Below are positions 42,739 through 53,665 of a DNA stretch of 64,000 nt, piece by piece. How positions within the stretch are numbered: position 1 is the stretch's first letter; each line of letters begins with the position of its first letter. The notes under the pieces are model-generated. The model worked only from the letters and a program-made list of their open reading frames with translations. It was not told the origin of the DNA and did not search any database. This DNA is from an uncultured bacterium (GTDB lineage Bacteria; Cyanobacteriota; Vampirovibrionia; Gastranaerophilales; Gastranaerophilaceae), in the NCBI GenBank assembly GCA_902461945.1, contig CABPZQ010000001.1:114004-178003 (forward strand), read 5' to 3'. Position numbers and translations under genes: made by a program.

Positions 42739-43840
42739 CAGGTATAATTATATCGTATCTTGAGCCTTTCATAACTTCCGAACGAACATAAATATAACCA
42801 CCGGCTCTCTTTATTAATATACTAGCTGCTCCCATTTGGAATGCTCTTAATAAATATTTTTTTCCTTTTTCCAATTGAGCATATGGATCACATAAATACT
42901 TCATATCTTCATCAGAAATACCTATACCTGTGTCCCTAATCGAAATTTGCAAATACCCTTTACTATAATCAATAGCAGTAAGCCCGAATCTACTTGCAGC
43001 TTTTTCATCCGGTTGCTTTAATTTTATAGTCAAATATCCGGCATCTGTCATTGCCAGAGCTACTTCCAAAATATTTCTTAACGCTTTTTGAACAGCTTTC
43101 AAATCAGTATAAACAGTCCGTTTGTCAATTGACTCATAATCAAAGTCAAAAGCCAGCTTTTTTTCCTGCAAAACAGATTCAAAATCTTTTATTACAGTCT
43201 TGAACGCTTCAACTATATCAAAGTTTTGATACACAGGTTCGTATAACGAAGACTCAGCTTCTGTAAACTCTAAAAACTTATCCATAAAATGATAAAGTTC
43301 CTGGGAGTTTGAGTTTATAATTTTAATATATTTTGCCTGCTTATCTGACAATTCCCCTCCAAGTCCGTCAAGAAGCCCTTGAGAAAATCCGGATATTGAA
43401 TTAATTGGAGATTTAATATCATTTTCCAACTTAACTAGCATTGCATTTTTTTCACCATTAAACCTGGCAATTTTTTCTTCTGTTACAATTTCATCTGTTA
43501 ACTTTGTCAAATCTCTGATTGCAACACAATAGCCATTGCCTTTTTTATATGCATTCAGTTCAACATAAAAATCCCTGCCTGGAATTGAAGCGGTTGCAAC
43601 AACCGGTTTTTGAGCATTAATAGAAGAATAAACAGCATCCATACCATCTTTTATAAAATCTTTAAGCATTATTGGACTTGTTTCTTCAATCGTTAATCCA
43701 AAACATTCAAAAGCTTTTTTATTTGCTCTTTTTACAAAACCTTTAGAATCTACAAAAATAATTGAATCCGGCAAATCATTAATAGTATTAGCCGCAGTAA
43801 CCATCCACCATAAATCTTTCAAGAATTTTTCTAAATTCAT
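42716..43840 (-). CDS. cytoplasmic PAS / histidine-kinase-like protein with His->Asn at the phospho-acceptor position
   Basis: The PAS-like N-terminus leads into a HisKA-like helix LENDIKSPIN, which aligns to SHELRTPLN with Asn in place of His. A HATPase_c region follows (IRDTGIGI, GGYIY). Overlaps the ABC ATPase gene by 23 nt. Confidence 0.65.
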   Translation of the reverse strand: MNLEKFLKDLWWMVTAANTINDLPDSIIFVDSKGFVKRANKKAFECFGLTIEETSPIMLKDFIKDGMDAVYSSINAQKPVVATASIPGRDFYVELNAYKKGNGYCVAIRDLTKLTDEIVTEEKIARFNGEKNAMLVKLENDIKSPINSISGFSQGLLDGLGGELSDKQAKYIKIINSNSQELYHFMDKFLEFTEAESSLYEPVYQNFDIVEAFKTVIKDFESVLQEKKLAFDFDYESIDKRTVYTDLKAVQKALRNILEVALAMTDAGYLTIKLKQPDEKAASRFGLTAIDYSKGYLQISIRDTGIGISDEDMKYLCDPYAQLEKGKKYLLRAFQMGAASILIKRAGGYIYVRSEVMKGSRYDIIIPVEKGNHE

Positions 43841-44026
43841 AATTGCATTACTTCCTTTTATAGTATATAATACATAATAACATGAAAAATTATTGAAAAA
43901 TTACATGTAAATTTTTGTAATTTTTTTTGATTAAAAGTAGCAAAAAATATTATTTAGATGTTTTCTAACTAAAAACCAAACATGATGATATAAAATGAAG
44001 TAATCTTCTGAAAGTAAGGTGATACT

Positions 44027-44359
44027 ATGAGAGAAATAGACAACAACAACATCAACAATTTGAACTTCAAAAGCATACAGCAAAAACCTGCTGTTGAAGA
44101 TATCACCCTTGATGAAACAACTGTTAACTCTGCAGAATCTAAAGAAATAAAAGATTTGTCAAGCATGCCGGCAGCGTCTCTTGGAAAATCACAAATTTCA
44201 ACAGATTCAGTGGAAAGTGATATGAAATTTTTGGAAAAAAATCCTAAATTAGCACAAGAGTTAAACAAAGCAATTGATAAATATGCTGAAACTCACAGCG
44301 AAGAAGATACTCTTAAAATGATTGAAAAAATGCATCAAGAATTTGTTGCAAAAAAATAA
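44027..44359 (+). CDS. hypothetical acidic protein (110 aa)
   Basis: AAGGTGA RBS. Preferred over the overlapping antisense ORF. Confidence 0.4.
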   Translation: MREIDNNNINNLNFKSIQQKPAVEDITLDETTVNSAESKEIKDLSSMPAASLGKSQISTDSVESDMKFLEKNPKLAQELNKAIDKYAETHSEEDTLKMIEKMHQEFVAKK

Positions 44360-44390
44360 AAAATTACAAGAGTCAGCAACAACTCTAAAA

Positions 44391-45031
44391 CTAGTAATCT
44401 ATATTATTAATTACGTTATACATACAACCAATTCCTTGAATTGGTCCAAGATTCTTTAAAGATTTTTTTCTATCACATGAAATTTTTACAGGCCATCTGG
44501 ACTCTGACACCCCCATAGGATAAAGATTTCCGTCTCGATTCACCCAAAAGGTAAAAACATCTCTTCCCCAAACATTGGGCATTGACTTATACCCATTAAC
44601 ATCTACTGTTATAAGTAACAAATCTGAAAAGTCAGAATTTTGAATCATCCAAAATTGCCCGTCTAAAGTAGAAAATTGACCCTCATCCATCAGTGAAGCA
44701 TCCGCATTTTCACCGTTTAAGGTTCTATAAACATTAGAATTATATGAAAAAGGAACGCAATTTCTTAAGCCACAATCCTGTGCAACTTTAAAATATGCCA
44801 TAAAATCATTTTTAAAAGTTTGAGGATTTAAATAATATTCCTCCAAAACTTTACCATCATCCTGCATAGACCTAAAAGCTTGCTGAGCAACACTATAAGC
44901 TTTTTTAGCAGCTGTTTTATATTGCATATCCTGAATTTTTGTAATTAAGCTAGGAATTGTTATTGCTGCAACAATCCCAATGAGGCCAACAGTTATTAAT
45001 GATTCTGCTAAAGTAAAGCCTTTATTATATC
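44391..45031 (-). CDS. prepilin-type N-terminal domain protein, paralog; non-canonical or lost start
   Basis: In-frame upstream of the ORF-track Met the sequence encodes NKGFTLAESLITVGLIGIVAAITIPSL (class III signal). No ATG/GTG/TTG lies between the upstream stop and this signal. ATT at 45031 is the only candidate. Confidence 0.5.
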
Positions 45032-45144
45032 TACAATAAATATTGGTTTGATAAACTTTATTAAACTAGCAGAAGTATTTGATATCAGCCTTGATGAATT
45101 AGCTGATTTTAAAACAAAATCTAAATAAAATACAAAAAAAATAT

Positions 45145-45600
45145 TTAATCGTTTGCACTGGTTAGGAAATTAACCAAACCTTGAAGTCCCAATTTATAAC
45201 TGTCTATCTTAAAACCGGTAATCTGCCCCACACAAACATCAGCAAACATTGAGTTATGACGAAATTCTTCACGTCTATATATATTTGAAATATGGACTTC
45301 AACAGTAGGAATTTTAACTGAAGTCAAGGCATCACGAATCGCCACACTGGTATGAGTATAAGCTCCGGCATTTAAAATAATTCCATCAAAATTTCCCAGA
45401 GCATATTGAATCTTTTCAACAATCTCGCCTTCAAAATTACTTTGAAATATTTCAAGATTAACCCCGAGCTCAAAGGAATATTCATGCAATTCCATTTCTA
45501 AATCTTTATAAGACTTAGAACCATATTGTTCAGGCTCTCTGACACCTAACATATTAATATTTGGACCATTAATAACGAGTATATTTAAATCTTTTTCCAT
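45145..45600 (-). CDS. aroQ: 3-dehydroquinate dehydratase, type II
   Basis: MEKDLNILVINGPNINMLGVREPEQYG is the canonical type II DHQase N-terminus. HISNI motif present. Confidence 0.85.
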   Translation of the reverse strand: MEKDLNILVINGPNINMLGVREPEQYGSKSYKDLEMELHEYSFELGVNLEIFQSNFEGEIVEKIQYALGNFDGIILNAGAYTHTSVAIRDALTSVKIPTVEVHISNIYRREEFRHNSMFADVCVGQITGFKIDSYKLGLQGLVNFLTSAND

Positions 45601-45689
45601 ATTTATATTATAACACAAAACCTCAAACTTACATATAAAATAGCATCAAAATATTTCAAAACATAGTCAAAATATCATCCCAAACTATT

Positions 45690-45800
45690 TTCAGGAATTC
45701 CAAACTTAGTGCGGAATCTGTTCTTATTGTCATGCTGATTTATTTCAGCATCTATTTTACCAAATTAACCCTTGAAACAAGTTCAGGGGGACAATTTATT
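45690..45800 (+). repeat. intergenic repeat modules
   Basis: agtgcggaatct and the hairpin cccttgaaacaagttcaggggg match 51010..51065 (tttcggaatct, ccctgaaacaagttcagggtg). Confidence 0.55.
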
Positions 45801-46023
45801 AGTTCTACAAAACGAATTTATACGTCTTCAATCAAAACTGATATAAAAATCCCAAAACTTTATATTTGTAAATTTTTGTTAAAATTTCCAATATACAAGT
45901 AACCAAAATTACATGCTTGCATTATCATGCATGTACAAACTATCCCAAAATCTCCTCCCAAGATTATTGTTCAAGTCGCAAAAGTTGTGACTTTTTTTTT
46001 GCTCAAAAATAAAAATTTCATTA

Positions 46024-46281
46024 TTAATTTTCATTCATGCTAATCTTAGACGAAACTTCTGCAACAATTCTTGCAATATCAGCTCCACCAACAGAAACTT
46101 CTAATATCAAAGGGGCATAGATTAATAAAGTTTCACGATATTCCATATTATCAACATCCAGAATATTAAATTCTATAAAGTCTTCGCCTACGCACATAAG
46201 CTTTCCATATTCACCACCTGTCGCCCAGCGGATAAATAAATACTGACCCTCAAATTCTTTAAGTTTCTCTACTAATCTCAT
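46024..46281 (-). CDS. hypothetical protein (85 aa)
   Basis: ORF in an apparent operon with 46343..46984. Confidence 0.4.
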   Translation of the reverse strand: MRLVEKLKEFEGQYLFIRWATGGEYGKLMCVGEDFIEFNILDVDNMEYRETLLIYAPLILEVSVGGADIARIVAEVSSKISMNEN

Positions 46282-46342
46282 ATCCTAACCTATTACCTTT
46301 AATAACATATTAATAATATTTTACCATAAGTCAATTAGAAAA

Positions 46343-46984
46343 TTAAACAATAAATGTTTTAACAGAACCGTCCTGATGGTACAATCCACCGCCACATACA
46401 GTTTCAACCACCTTTAATACAACCTCTCTTGGAGCATCTATCTGATTAAGAGCAAATTCCTGCCCTGTATGTTTTATTTTAAAAATACACTTTTGATTTT
46501 GGTCTGCAGGAACGTATAAAGATGCAATCTCATTTTCCAAGAGTTTAACCATTTCCTCTTCTCTGTCCTTAGCATCTTTTATAATATCATTATAATTTCC
46601 TCTAATAGCCATAATTCTATTTGAAAATACATGCCTGCCGTCATCTCTAAACAAGGCTTGAGGCTGAAAATTACAACGTGTAGTAAAACTCATTTTGTGC
46701 CATAAAATATTGATAACGGCAACAGATTTTAATGAATCCGCATCAATATAAATATTTTGAGTAGTTACCCCACGAGACGAAAAAGATTGTTTCAAATTAT
46801 TCGATACCAGCTCTAAACAATCAATCATCCTTGTAAAAATATCATTCATATTAACAGTAGAATGCTGGTAATCTAAAAATTGTTTATACATATGAGAAGA
46901 AACCAGTTCAACTCTCTCCTGTATCACTATGTCTTTTTTAGTTGCAGTTTCTGAATTGTCAAAACTTTCAAAATTATTTAGCAA
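46343..46984 (-). CDS. hypothetical protein (213 aa)
   Basis: ORF downstream of the kinase-family gene. Confidence 0.45.
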   Translation of the reverse strand: MLNNFESFDNSETATKKDIVIQERVELVSSHMYKQFLDYQHSTVNMNDIFTRMIDCLELVSNNLKQSFSSRGVTTQNIYIDADSLKSVAVINILWHKMSFTTRCNFQPQALFRDDGRHVFSNRIMAIRGNYNDIIKDAKDREEEMVKLLENEIASLYVPADQNQKCIFKIKHTGQEFALNQIDAPREVVLKVVETVCGGGLYHQDGSVKTFIV

Positions 46985-47124
46985 TTTCGTATCCTTTTTT
47001 ATACCATATTTTTAAAATAAACATGTGTTGTTGTAAAGATTATACATTTTTTCGTTACAAAACTGAATACATATACGAGCTTATTTACAAATATTATTAT
47101 TTGAAGACCAAGTCAAATACAGCT

Positions 47125-47982
47125 CTACTGAAAATTATTTGTAAACGTGTGAATATATTCAAGAATCATCGCAAAGTATTTCAAATCAGAATTACCATTT
47201 AATACTAAATCAGCTTCCTTACGGAACGGTTTCACGTATTTTTCACCGGCTTCAGCTATATAATGCCAATGCTTTTCAGCATTTTCTTCACTCTGATTGC
47301 GTTCTTCGATTGCTCTGCTCATAAAGCGGCTTTTTCTTAGTTCATTTTCAGTTTCAACATAAATTTTAATATCAAAAACATCTTTAACAGTTTCATACAT
47401 CGTTGCAATGCCTTCAACAACAATAATCTTTTGAGAATGAACATCAAACGCTTTGGGAACTGAAACCCCGGTACCATTAGGGAGATACATTGGAGCTTTT
47501 ATATCTAAACCGTCAGATAAATCTTCCAAATCCGATCTTAAAATATCCAATTGAAAACTTGATGGAGCATCAACATCATACCCGTTATCTCTAAGATTAT
47601 CAAACGAACCATACTTATTAATAAGCAGAGATATATCATTAAAATAGTTATCTGTACTCAATACAGCCACAGGCATAGATAATTGTTCAATCACATTTTT
47701 AATTTCATGACAAATTGTAGATTTACCAGAGGCAGACTCACCGGTAACACCTATTAACAAACGTTTTGTAGGATTATTTATTATTCTGCGGCAGAACCGG
47801 TTAACAAAATCAGGATTAACCGAATTAATAATAGGGACTTCCTGTTTTTTATCATACAAATATATTTGTCTAAATTTTGTCTGCAGGTAAAACGCTAATA
47901 ATTCTCGTCCGGATTTTGAATTAAAGTCGGGCTTGAATATTTTGTCTGTAGAATTTAGTTCTTTATCTATCAACAATTGCAT
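47125..47982 (-). CDS. uridine kinase / phosphoribulokinase family P-loop kinase
   Basis: LIGVTGESASGKST Walker A with a PRK/UDK-like context. Start chosen at MQLLID (GGAAAG RBS). The alternative start is 48015. Confidence 0.65.
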   Translation of the reverse strand: MQLLIDKELNSTDKIFKPDFNSKSGRELLAFYLQTKFRQIYLYDKKQEVPIINSVNPDFVNRFCRRIINNPTKRLLIGVTGESASGKSTICHEIKNVIEQLSMPVAVLSTDNYFNDISLLINKYGSFDNLRDNGYDVDAPSSFQLDILRSDLEDLSDGLDIKAPMYLPNGTGVSVPKAFDVHSQKIIVVEGIATMYETVKDVFDIKIYVETENELRKSRFMSRAIEERNQSEENAEKHWHYIAEAGEKYVKPFRKEADLVLNGNSDLKYFAMILEYIHTFTNNFQ

Positions 47983-48057
47983 ATTCTTTCCATGTTTTTG
48001 GGATATGCATATCATAATACATGAGAAAAAACTTTTTTGCTAGTGTTTTTGTAAAAA

Positions 48058-48276
48058 TTAAGAAACATTTTTCAATAAATCATTAATATCAATATCTAAA
48101 ACTTTTGAAATATCATAAACAAGGAAAATTGACGGAGTCTGCAACCCTCTTTCTAAAAGGCTTATAGTACTCTCGCTAACATCGACTTTTTCAGCCAGTT
48201 CAGACTGAGTTATTCCACACCGATACCTTTCTGCTTTTAAATTTCTAGCAAAGATTTTATTGCGATGGTCTTTCAT
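48058..48276 (-). CDS. XRE-family HTH transcriptional regulator
   Basis: HTH ITQSELAEKVDVSESTISLLERG. Start set at MKDHRNK, because the ORF-track start at 48327 lies inside the palindrome. Confidence 0.6.
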   Translation of the reverse strand: MKDHRNKIFARNLKAERYRCGITQSELAEKVDVSESTISLLERGLQTPSIFLVYDISKVLDIDINDLLKNVS

Positions 48277-48317
48277 AAACAAATTATAACGGCTTGACAA
48301 TTTTTTATTAAGAGGAT

Positions 48318-48361
48318 AAACTACCACTAACTAGTAGTTAACTACTAGTTAGTGGTAGTTT
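48318..48361. promoter_or_regulatory. perfect 44-bp palindrome (putative operator) between the divergent XRE and pilin-like genes
   Basis: aaactaccactaactagtagtt|aactactagttagtggtagttt: 22-bp perfect arms centred on GTTAAC, 18 bp upstream of the pilin ATG at 48379. Confidence 0.6.
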
Positions 48362-48378
48362 TAAACGTGGAGATATAC

Positions 48379-49059
48379 ATGAAAAATTCTAAACAAAAAG
48401 CATTTACACTCGCCGAGGTGCTTATTACACTAGGGATAATAGGTGTAGTTGCAGCAATGACAATCCCTAACTTAATTACAAACTACAAAGCACACCAGCT
48501 CCGTTCACAGTTTTTGAAAGCCTATTCACTAACGCAACAAGCTTTTAAACTTATGGAAGAAGATGATGTATCACTTGATCCTACATCGTATCCGGGTGTA
48601 ACATTCTACAAAACATTTCAAAAGTATTTTACAGGCAGTATAGACTGCCAAGCCCCAAGCGCACGTCAGAAAAAGCCATGCTACCATCTTAACAGCTCCG
48701 CACCTGATGCCTATAAAACATACCACGGCTCATCTTTTCATGGATTTAAATTAGATGACGGACAGTTTGCACTGCAAGACGGAACACTATTTCTGTTTGA
48801 AAATCCGAATGCCAGGGATACACCTATACTTATAAGTGTTGATATAAACGGATTTGGCAATAAACCAAACAAAGCCGGTTATGATTTGTTCACATTCCAA
48901 TTTTTTGACGGTGAATTAAAAACAATGGGAGCCATTGGCACGCAATACGATGTAGAAAAATATTGTAACAAAAATACCAATAATGCTTTTAATGGTATTG
49001 CCTGTGCTCAAAAAGCTAAAGAAGATCCGGATTATTTTAAAAATTTATTAAAAGAATAA
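48379..49059 (+). CDS. prepilin-type N-terminal cleavage/methylation domain protein
   Basis: MKNSKQKAFTLAEVLITLGIIGVVAAMTIP. Paralog of 10605..11306. Confidence 0.8.
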   Translation: MKNSKQKAFTLAEVLITLGIIGVVAAMTIPNLITNYKAHQLRSQFLKAYSLTQQAFKLMEEDDVSLDPTSYPGVTFYKTFQKYFTGSIDCQAPSARQKKPCYHLNSSAPDAYKTYHGSSFHGFKLDDGQFALQDGTLFLFENPNARDTPILISVDINGFGNKPNKAGYDLFTFQFFDGELKTMGAIGTQYDVEKYCNKNTNNAFNGIACAQKAKEDPDYFKNLLKE

Positions 49060-49129
49060 AATAAACTTCCCTTTATTTATCCAAAATATTTCCAAAGGTA
49101 TTATTTAAAAAATTTTTCTTGATGTATAA

Positions 49130-50572
<1,443 letters not shown>

Positions 50573-50574
50573 TT

Positions 50575-50967
50575 ATGAAATTAAAAATTATTACGCAAGA
50601 AAGAGTTGTTTTTGACGAAGAAGTAGATGAAATCTATTCAAAGGGAGTAGATGGCGAATTCGGAATACTAAAAGGACATATCCCAATGATGACAGCTCTA
50701 GATATAGGTGTCACACGCGTTACTCAAGGAAGTGAAGTAAAAATGTTCACCACAATGGGAGGCATATTACAATTCAAAGATGAAGAATGTTTGATACTGA
50801 CAACCTTAGCGGAACCCGGCGAAGAAATCGACGAAGCGCGAGCAAGAGAAGCACTTGAAAAAGCGAGAAGAAAACTAAGAGAAGCTAACGCAAGAATGGA
50901 TGCAAAACGAGCCGAAGCTGCAATTGCTAGAGCAGAAGCTCGTTTAAAAGCAAAATTGTCAAAATAA
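50575..50967 (+). CDS. atpC: F0F1 ATP synthase subunit epsilon
   Basis: N-terminal beta-sandwich and C-terminal helical region. Starts 3 bp after atpD. Confidence 0.9.
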   Translation: MKLKIITQERVVFDEEVDEIYSKGVDGEFGILKGHIPMMTALDIGVTRVTQGSEVKMFTTMGGILQFKDEECLILTTLAEPGEEIDEARAREALEKARRKLREANARMDAKRAEAAIARAEARLKAKLSK

Positions 50968-51203
50968 ATATAAAAAACAGTTGAGTTCAGGAAACGTAAT
51001 TTTCTGTTCCTACTCGGAGTTTCGGAATCTTACCAGCACTAAGACCCTGAAACAAGTTCAGGGTGACAGTTCTAGCTATGTTTAAAATGCTATATAAGTT
51101 CCTGTTTCAGCATCTTTTTTGTTGAGTAATCAGGGAGCTCATTAGTGGAATGTCGCGTCGGCAGAAGCCTCCTCGCAATGACGGCTATTTCGTCATTCTA
51201 AAT

Positions 51204-51314
51204 CTGCACGAGCAGAGGGCGAAACGTAGTGGAGTCCCGTTTAATGCGAGTGCAGAGATGTCATTCTGAGGGAGCAGGCGACCGAAGAATCTTTTATTAC
51301 TGTTCTGTTTATTA
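51204..51314 (+). repeat. dispersed GC-rich intergenic repeat, copy B
   Basis: About 88% identical to 2077..2189. Confidence 0.7.
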
Positions 51315-51432
51315 GATACTTCGGCTAAAGCCTCAGTATGACAGTCGGGTTGATTTTGAGGACAAACATGTGTTCTACTGTATCCGTCATTCTGAGCGAA
51401 TGCGAAGAATCTTTTTACACTTTTCACCCTAA

Positions 51433-51630
51433 CCTTGCGGAGCTAAATTTGCTGGTGTTGTGAGCAAATATTTGGTAGCAAAATGCCACGTGCGTAGCAC
51501 CCTTGCGGAGCTGAATTTGCTGGTGCTGTGAGCAAATATTTGGTAGCATACCTACGTGCGTAGCACCCTTGCGGAGCTGAATTTGCTGGTGTTGTGAGCA
51601 AATAATTGGTAGCAAAATGCCACGTGCAAC
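51433..51630 (+). repeat. tandem repeat, about 3 units of 66-68 bp
   Basis: Unit ccttgcggagct(a/g)aatttgctggtg(t/c)tgtgagcaaatatttggtagca...cgtgcgtagcac, repeated at 51433, 51501 and 51567. Confidence 0.75.
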
Positions 51631-51680
51631 GGGCGCAGTCATTCCGAATTTAGTTCGGAATCTCTTGGTTGGACACTTAG

Positions 51681-51713
51681 ATTGTCATCCTGAACTTGCT
51701 TCAGGATGACAAT
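51681..51713. other. perfect 14-bp-stem hairpin
   Basis: attgtcatcctgaa-cttgc-ttcaggatgacaat. Confidence 0.5.
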
Positions 51714-51753
51714 TATCCGTTAGGTTCTTTTAATTATCCAAACAAACTAAAAC

Positions 51754-52419
51754 CTACTCTTGAACAGCTTTTGAACTATTTGTCATATTTTTCGCTAAAA
51801 GCAAACTATCTGCCGCTTTCGCTCTTTGATTATTAATAAAGCTATCTGTTAGCAATCCGATACCATAACCGGCAAGAGCAAGCATTGGACAAGCAACGGC
51901 CAATTGTTTAATCTTAAACAACTCTGCAAACTTTCCACCATTAGAAAGTTGAACACACTTTCCCGCAATTGGAGCAGTGAATCCTAAAAGAGCAAGTGTT
52001 TTCTTTGACACATCAGTTTCTTTATAAGGATTACCAAATTCTGTCAATGCCATATCTTTATTATTGAAATCTAAAGAATAATTTTTTAATTCCTGATTGA
52101 CATCATCGGCTTTATAAGGTAGCTTTTGAGATTCCTGTTCAACAGTTTTAGCAGACAAGTTTTGAGAAACTGAGTTATCCGCAAACAACACTTCCGGAGC
52201 AGCATTATTTCCAGTATTTACTTTTAAAAACTCGGGCATCATAAAATCATCTTCATAATTATTATTCACGCTCTGCAAAGAATTCAATGGAGCTGTATTA
52301 AAAATTGACGAATTATCAGACAAACCATTCACCGGTTGTTGTAACTGTCCGATATTCAGATTATTCCCAAACGGTTGAGCAAATCCGACATTAAAAGTTT
52401 TATCCAATCCTACTGACAT
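51754..52419 (-). CDS. hypothetical protein (221 aa) with C-terminal hydrophobic segment
   Basis: N/Q/S-rich N-terminal region. C-terminal MLALAGYGIGLL. Confidence 0.45.
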   Translation of the reverse strand: MSVGLDKTFNVGFAQPFGNNLNIGQLQQPVNGLSDNSSIFNTAPLNSLQSVNNNYEDDFMMPEFLKVNTGNNAAPEVLFADNSVSQNLSAKTVEQESQKLPYKADDVNQELKNYSLDFNNKDMALTEFGNPYKETDVSKKTLALLGFTAPIAGKCVQLSNGGKFAELFKIKQLAVACPMLALAGYGIGLLTDSFINNQRAKAADSLLLAKNMTNSSKAVQE

Positions 52420-52561
52420 AATATAACCTTTCTATACACATAACTTTCCACTTATATAAAGTATTTTTAAATACAAAAATTGCAAAATATGTAATATTTT
52501 TAAAACTTTGTAACATAATATTTTTATTTACTGAAACCTGCTTTTATGGTATATCCAGAAT

Positions 52562-53125
52562 ATGAATAAATCTTTTTACAGCATTTTCAAAACTTTTTTT
52601 AAAGTTGGAACATTATTGCTAGGCGGCGGATATGTGATTTTACCCCTACTAACAAGTGAACTTGTTGACAAAAAGAAATGGATAACCAATGATGAATTAT
52701 GTGAATATTATGCACTAGGCGCAAGTCTCCCAGGTATTATTGCTGCAAATACAGCAATATTCACTGGACGAAAGCTATTAGGCACTCGAGGCGCAATTGC
52801 TGCAACATTAGGTATCGTTACACCGGCATTTCTTGCAATTGTACTGTTAGCATCTATTTTAAGTGAAATAGTCACAAAGCCTTCAGTACAACATATTTTC
52901 TGGGGTGTAGGCATTGGAGTTATAACACTTTTATACCTTGCCGTAAAAGAAATGTGGACAAAATGCATAACTGACAAATTTACACTTATTGTATATTTTG
53001 CATGCCTGCTACTAGCTCTAACAGGAAAGATTCCTCTATCTTTGATTATAATCGGGGCAATAATAACAGGTATAATATACCAGAAATTCCAGTCTGAAAA
53101 TTCTATAAATAAGGAGAGTAAATGA
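52562..53125 (+). CDS. chromate transporter ChrA, N-terminal-half homolog
   Basis: CHR family motifs GGGYVILPL and GASLPG. Confidence 0.75.
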   Translation: MNKSFYSIFKTFFKVGTLLLGGGYVILPLLTSELVDKKKWITNDELCEYYALGASLPGIIAANTAIFTGRKLLGTRGAIAATLGIVTPAFLAIVLLASILSEIVTKPSVQHIFWGVGIGVITLLYLAVKEMWTKCITDKFTLIVYFACLLLALTGKIPLSLIIIGAIITGIIYQKFQSENSINKESK

Positions 53126-53661
53126 AGCTATTTTTACAGTTATTTTTACAATTCTTTCATATTGGAGTTTTTTCATTTGGCGGGGGATATGCAACATTAC
53201 CTTTTTTATATGATATTGCAGAAAAATATCACTGGTACACAACAAAACAACTGACTGATATGCTGGCAATTTCGTCAATTACCCCGGGACCTGTGGGAGT
53301 TAATGTTGCCACATTTGCAGGATTTGCGACCTCCGGAATTTTAGGAGCAATAATTGCTACAACAGCAATTATTCTTCCATCATTCATTATTGTAACTATT
53401 GTATCTAAAGTTTTGGATAAATTTAAAACAAATACATATATTAAAGGCGCAATTAAAGCGTTAAAACCTGCAGGCTGCGCCCTACTTTCCGCTGTTGGAT
53501 TAAAATTAATCTTCACATCTAATCTCCACTTACTTGGAACAATCGTGCTAATAACATTTATTTCTACAAGTTTCTGGAAAAAACAAGATCCCCTATTTTA
53601 TCTTGGGGTCTCCGCAGTAATTGGGCTTATTCTTGGACACTACAACTGGATTGGTGTATAA
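53122..53661 (+). CDS. chromate transporter ChrA, C-terminal-half homolog
   Basis: FGGGYATLPF and ITPGPVGVN. Overlaps the previous gene by 4 bp. Confidence 0.75.
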   Translation: MKLFLQLFLQFFHIGVFSFGGGYATLPFLYDIAEKYHWYTTKQLTDMLAISSITPGPVGVNVATFAGFATSGILGAIIATTAIILPSFIIVTIVSKVLDKFKTNTYIKGAIKALKPAGCALLSAVGLKLIFTSNLHLLGTIVLITFISTSFWKKQDPLFYLGVSAVIGLILGHYNWIGV

Positions 53662-53665
53662 AATA

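Noticed and set aside
43969-44268. Minus-strand 99-aa ORF overlapping the 44027..44359 plus-strand ORF
   Set aside because: The plus-strand ORF has an AAGGTGA RBS and a plausible composition. The minus ORF is hydrophobic junk-like and overlaps it completely.
51433-51630. Possible CRISPR array
   Set aside because: The whole 66-68 bp unit repeats head-to-tail with no unique spacers. The unit is also too long for a CRISPR repeat, and no cas genes are nearby.
51185-51642. ORF-track ORFs 51185..51427 and 51424..51642
   Set aside because: They lie entirely within dispersed and tandem repeats, have no RBS and a low-complexity translation. Treated as non-coding.
52562-53661. Split chrA as pseudogene
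   Set aside because: Two half-length CHR proteins encoded as overlapping adjacent genes is a known normal arrangement for short-chain chromate transporters. Both halves keep the GGGY(A/V)xLP motifs.
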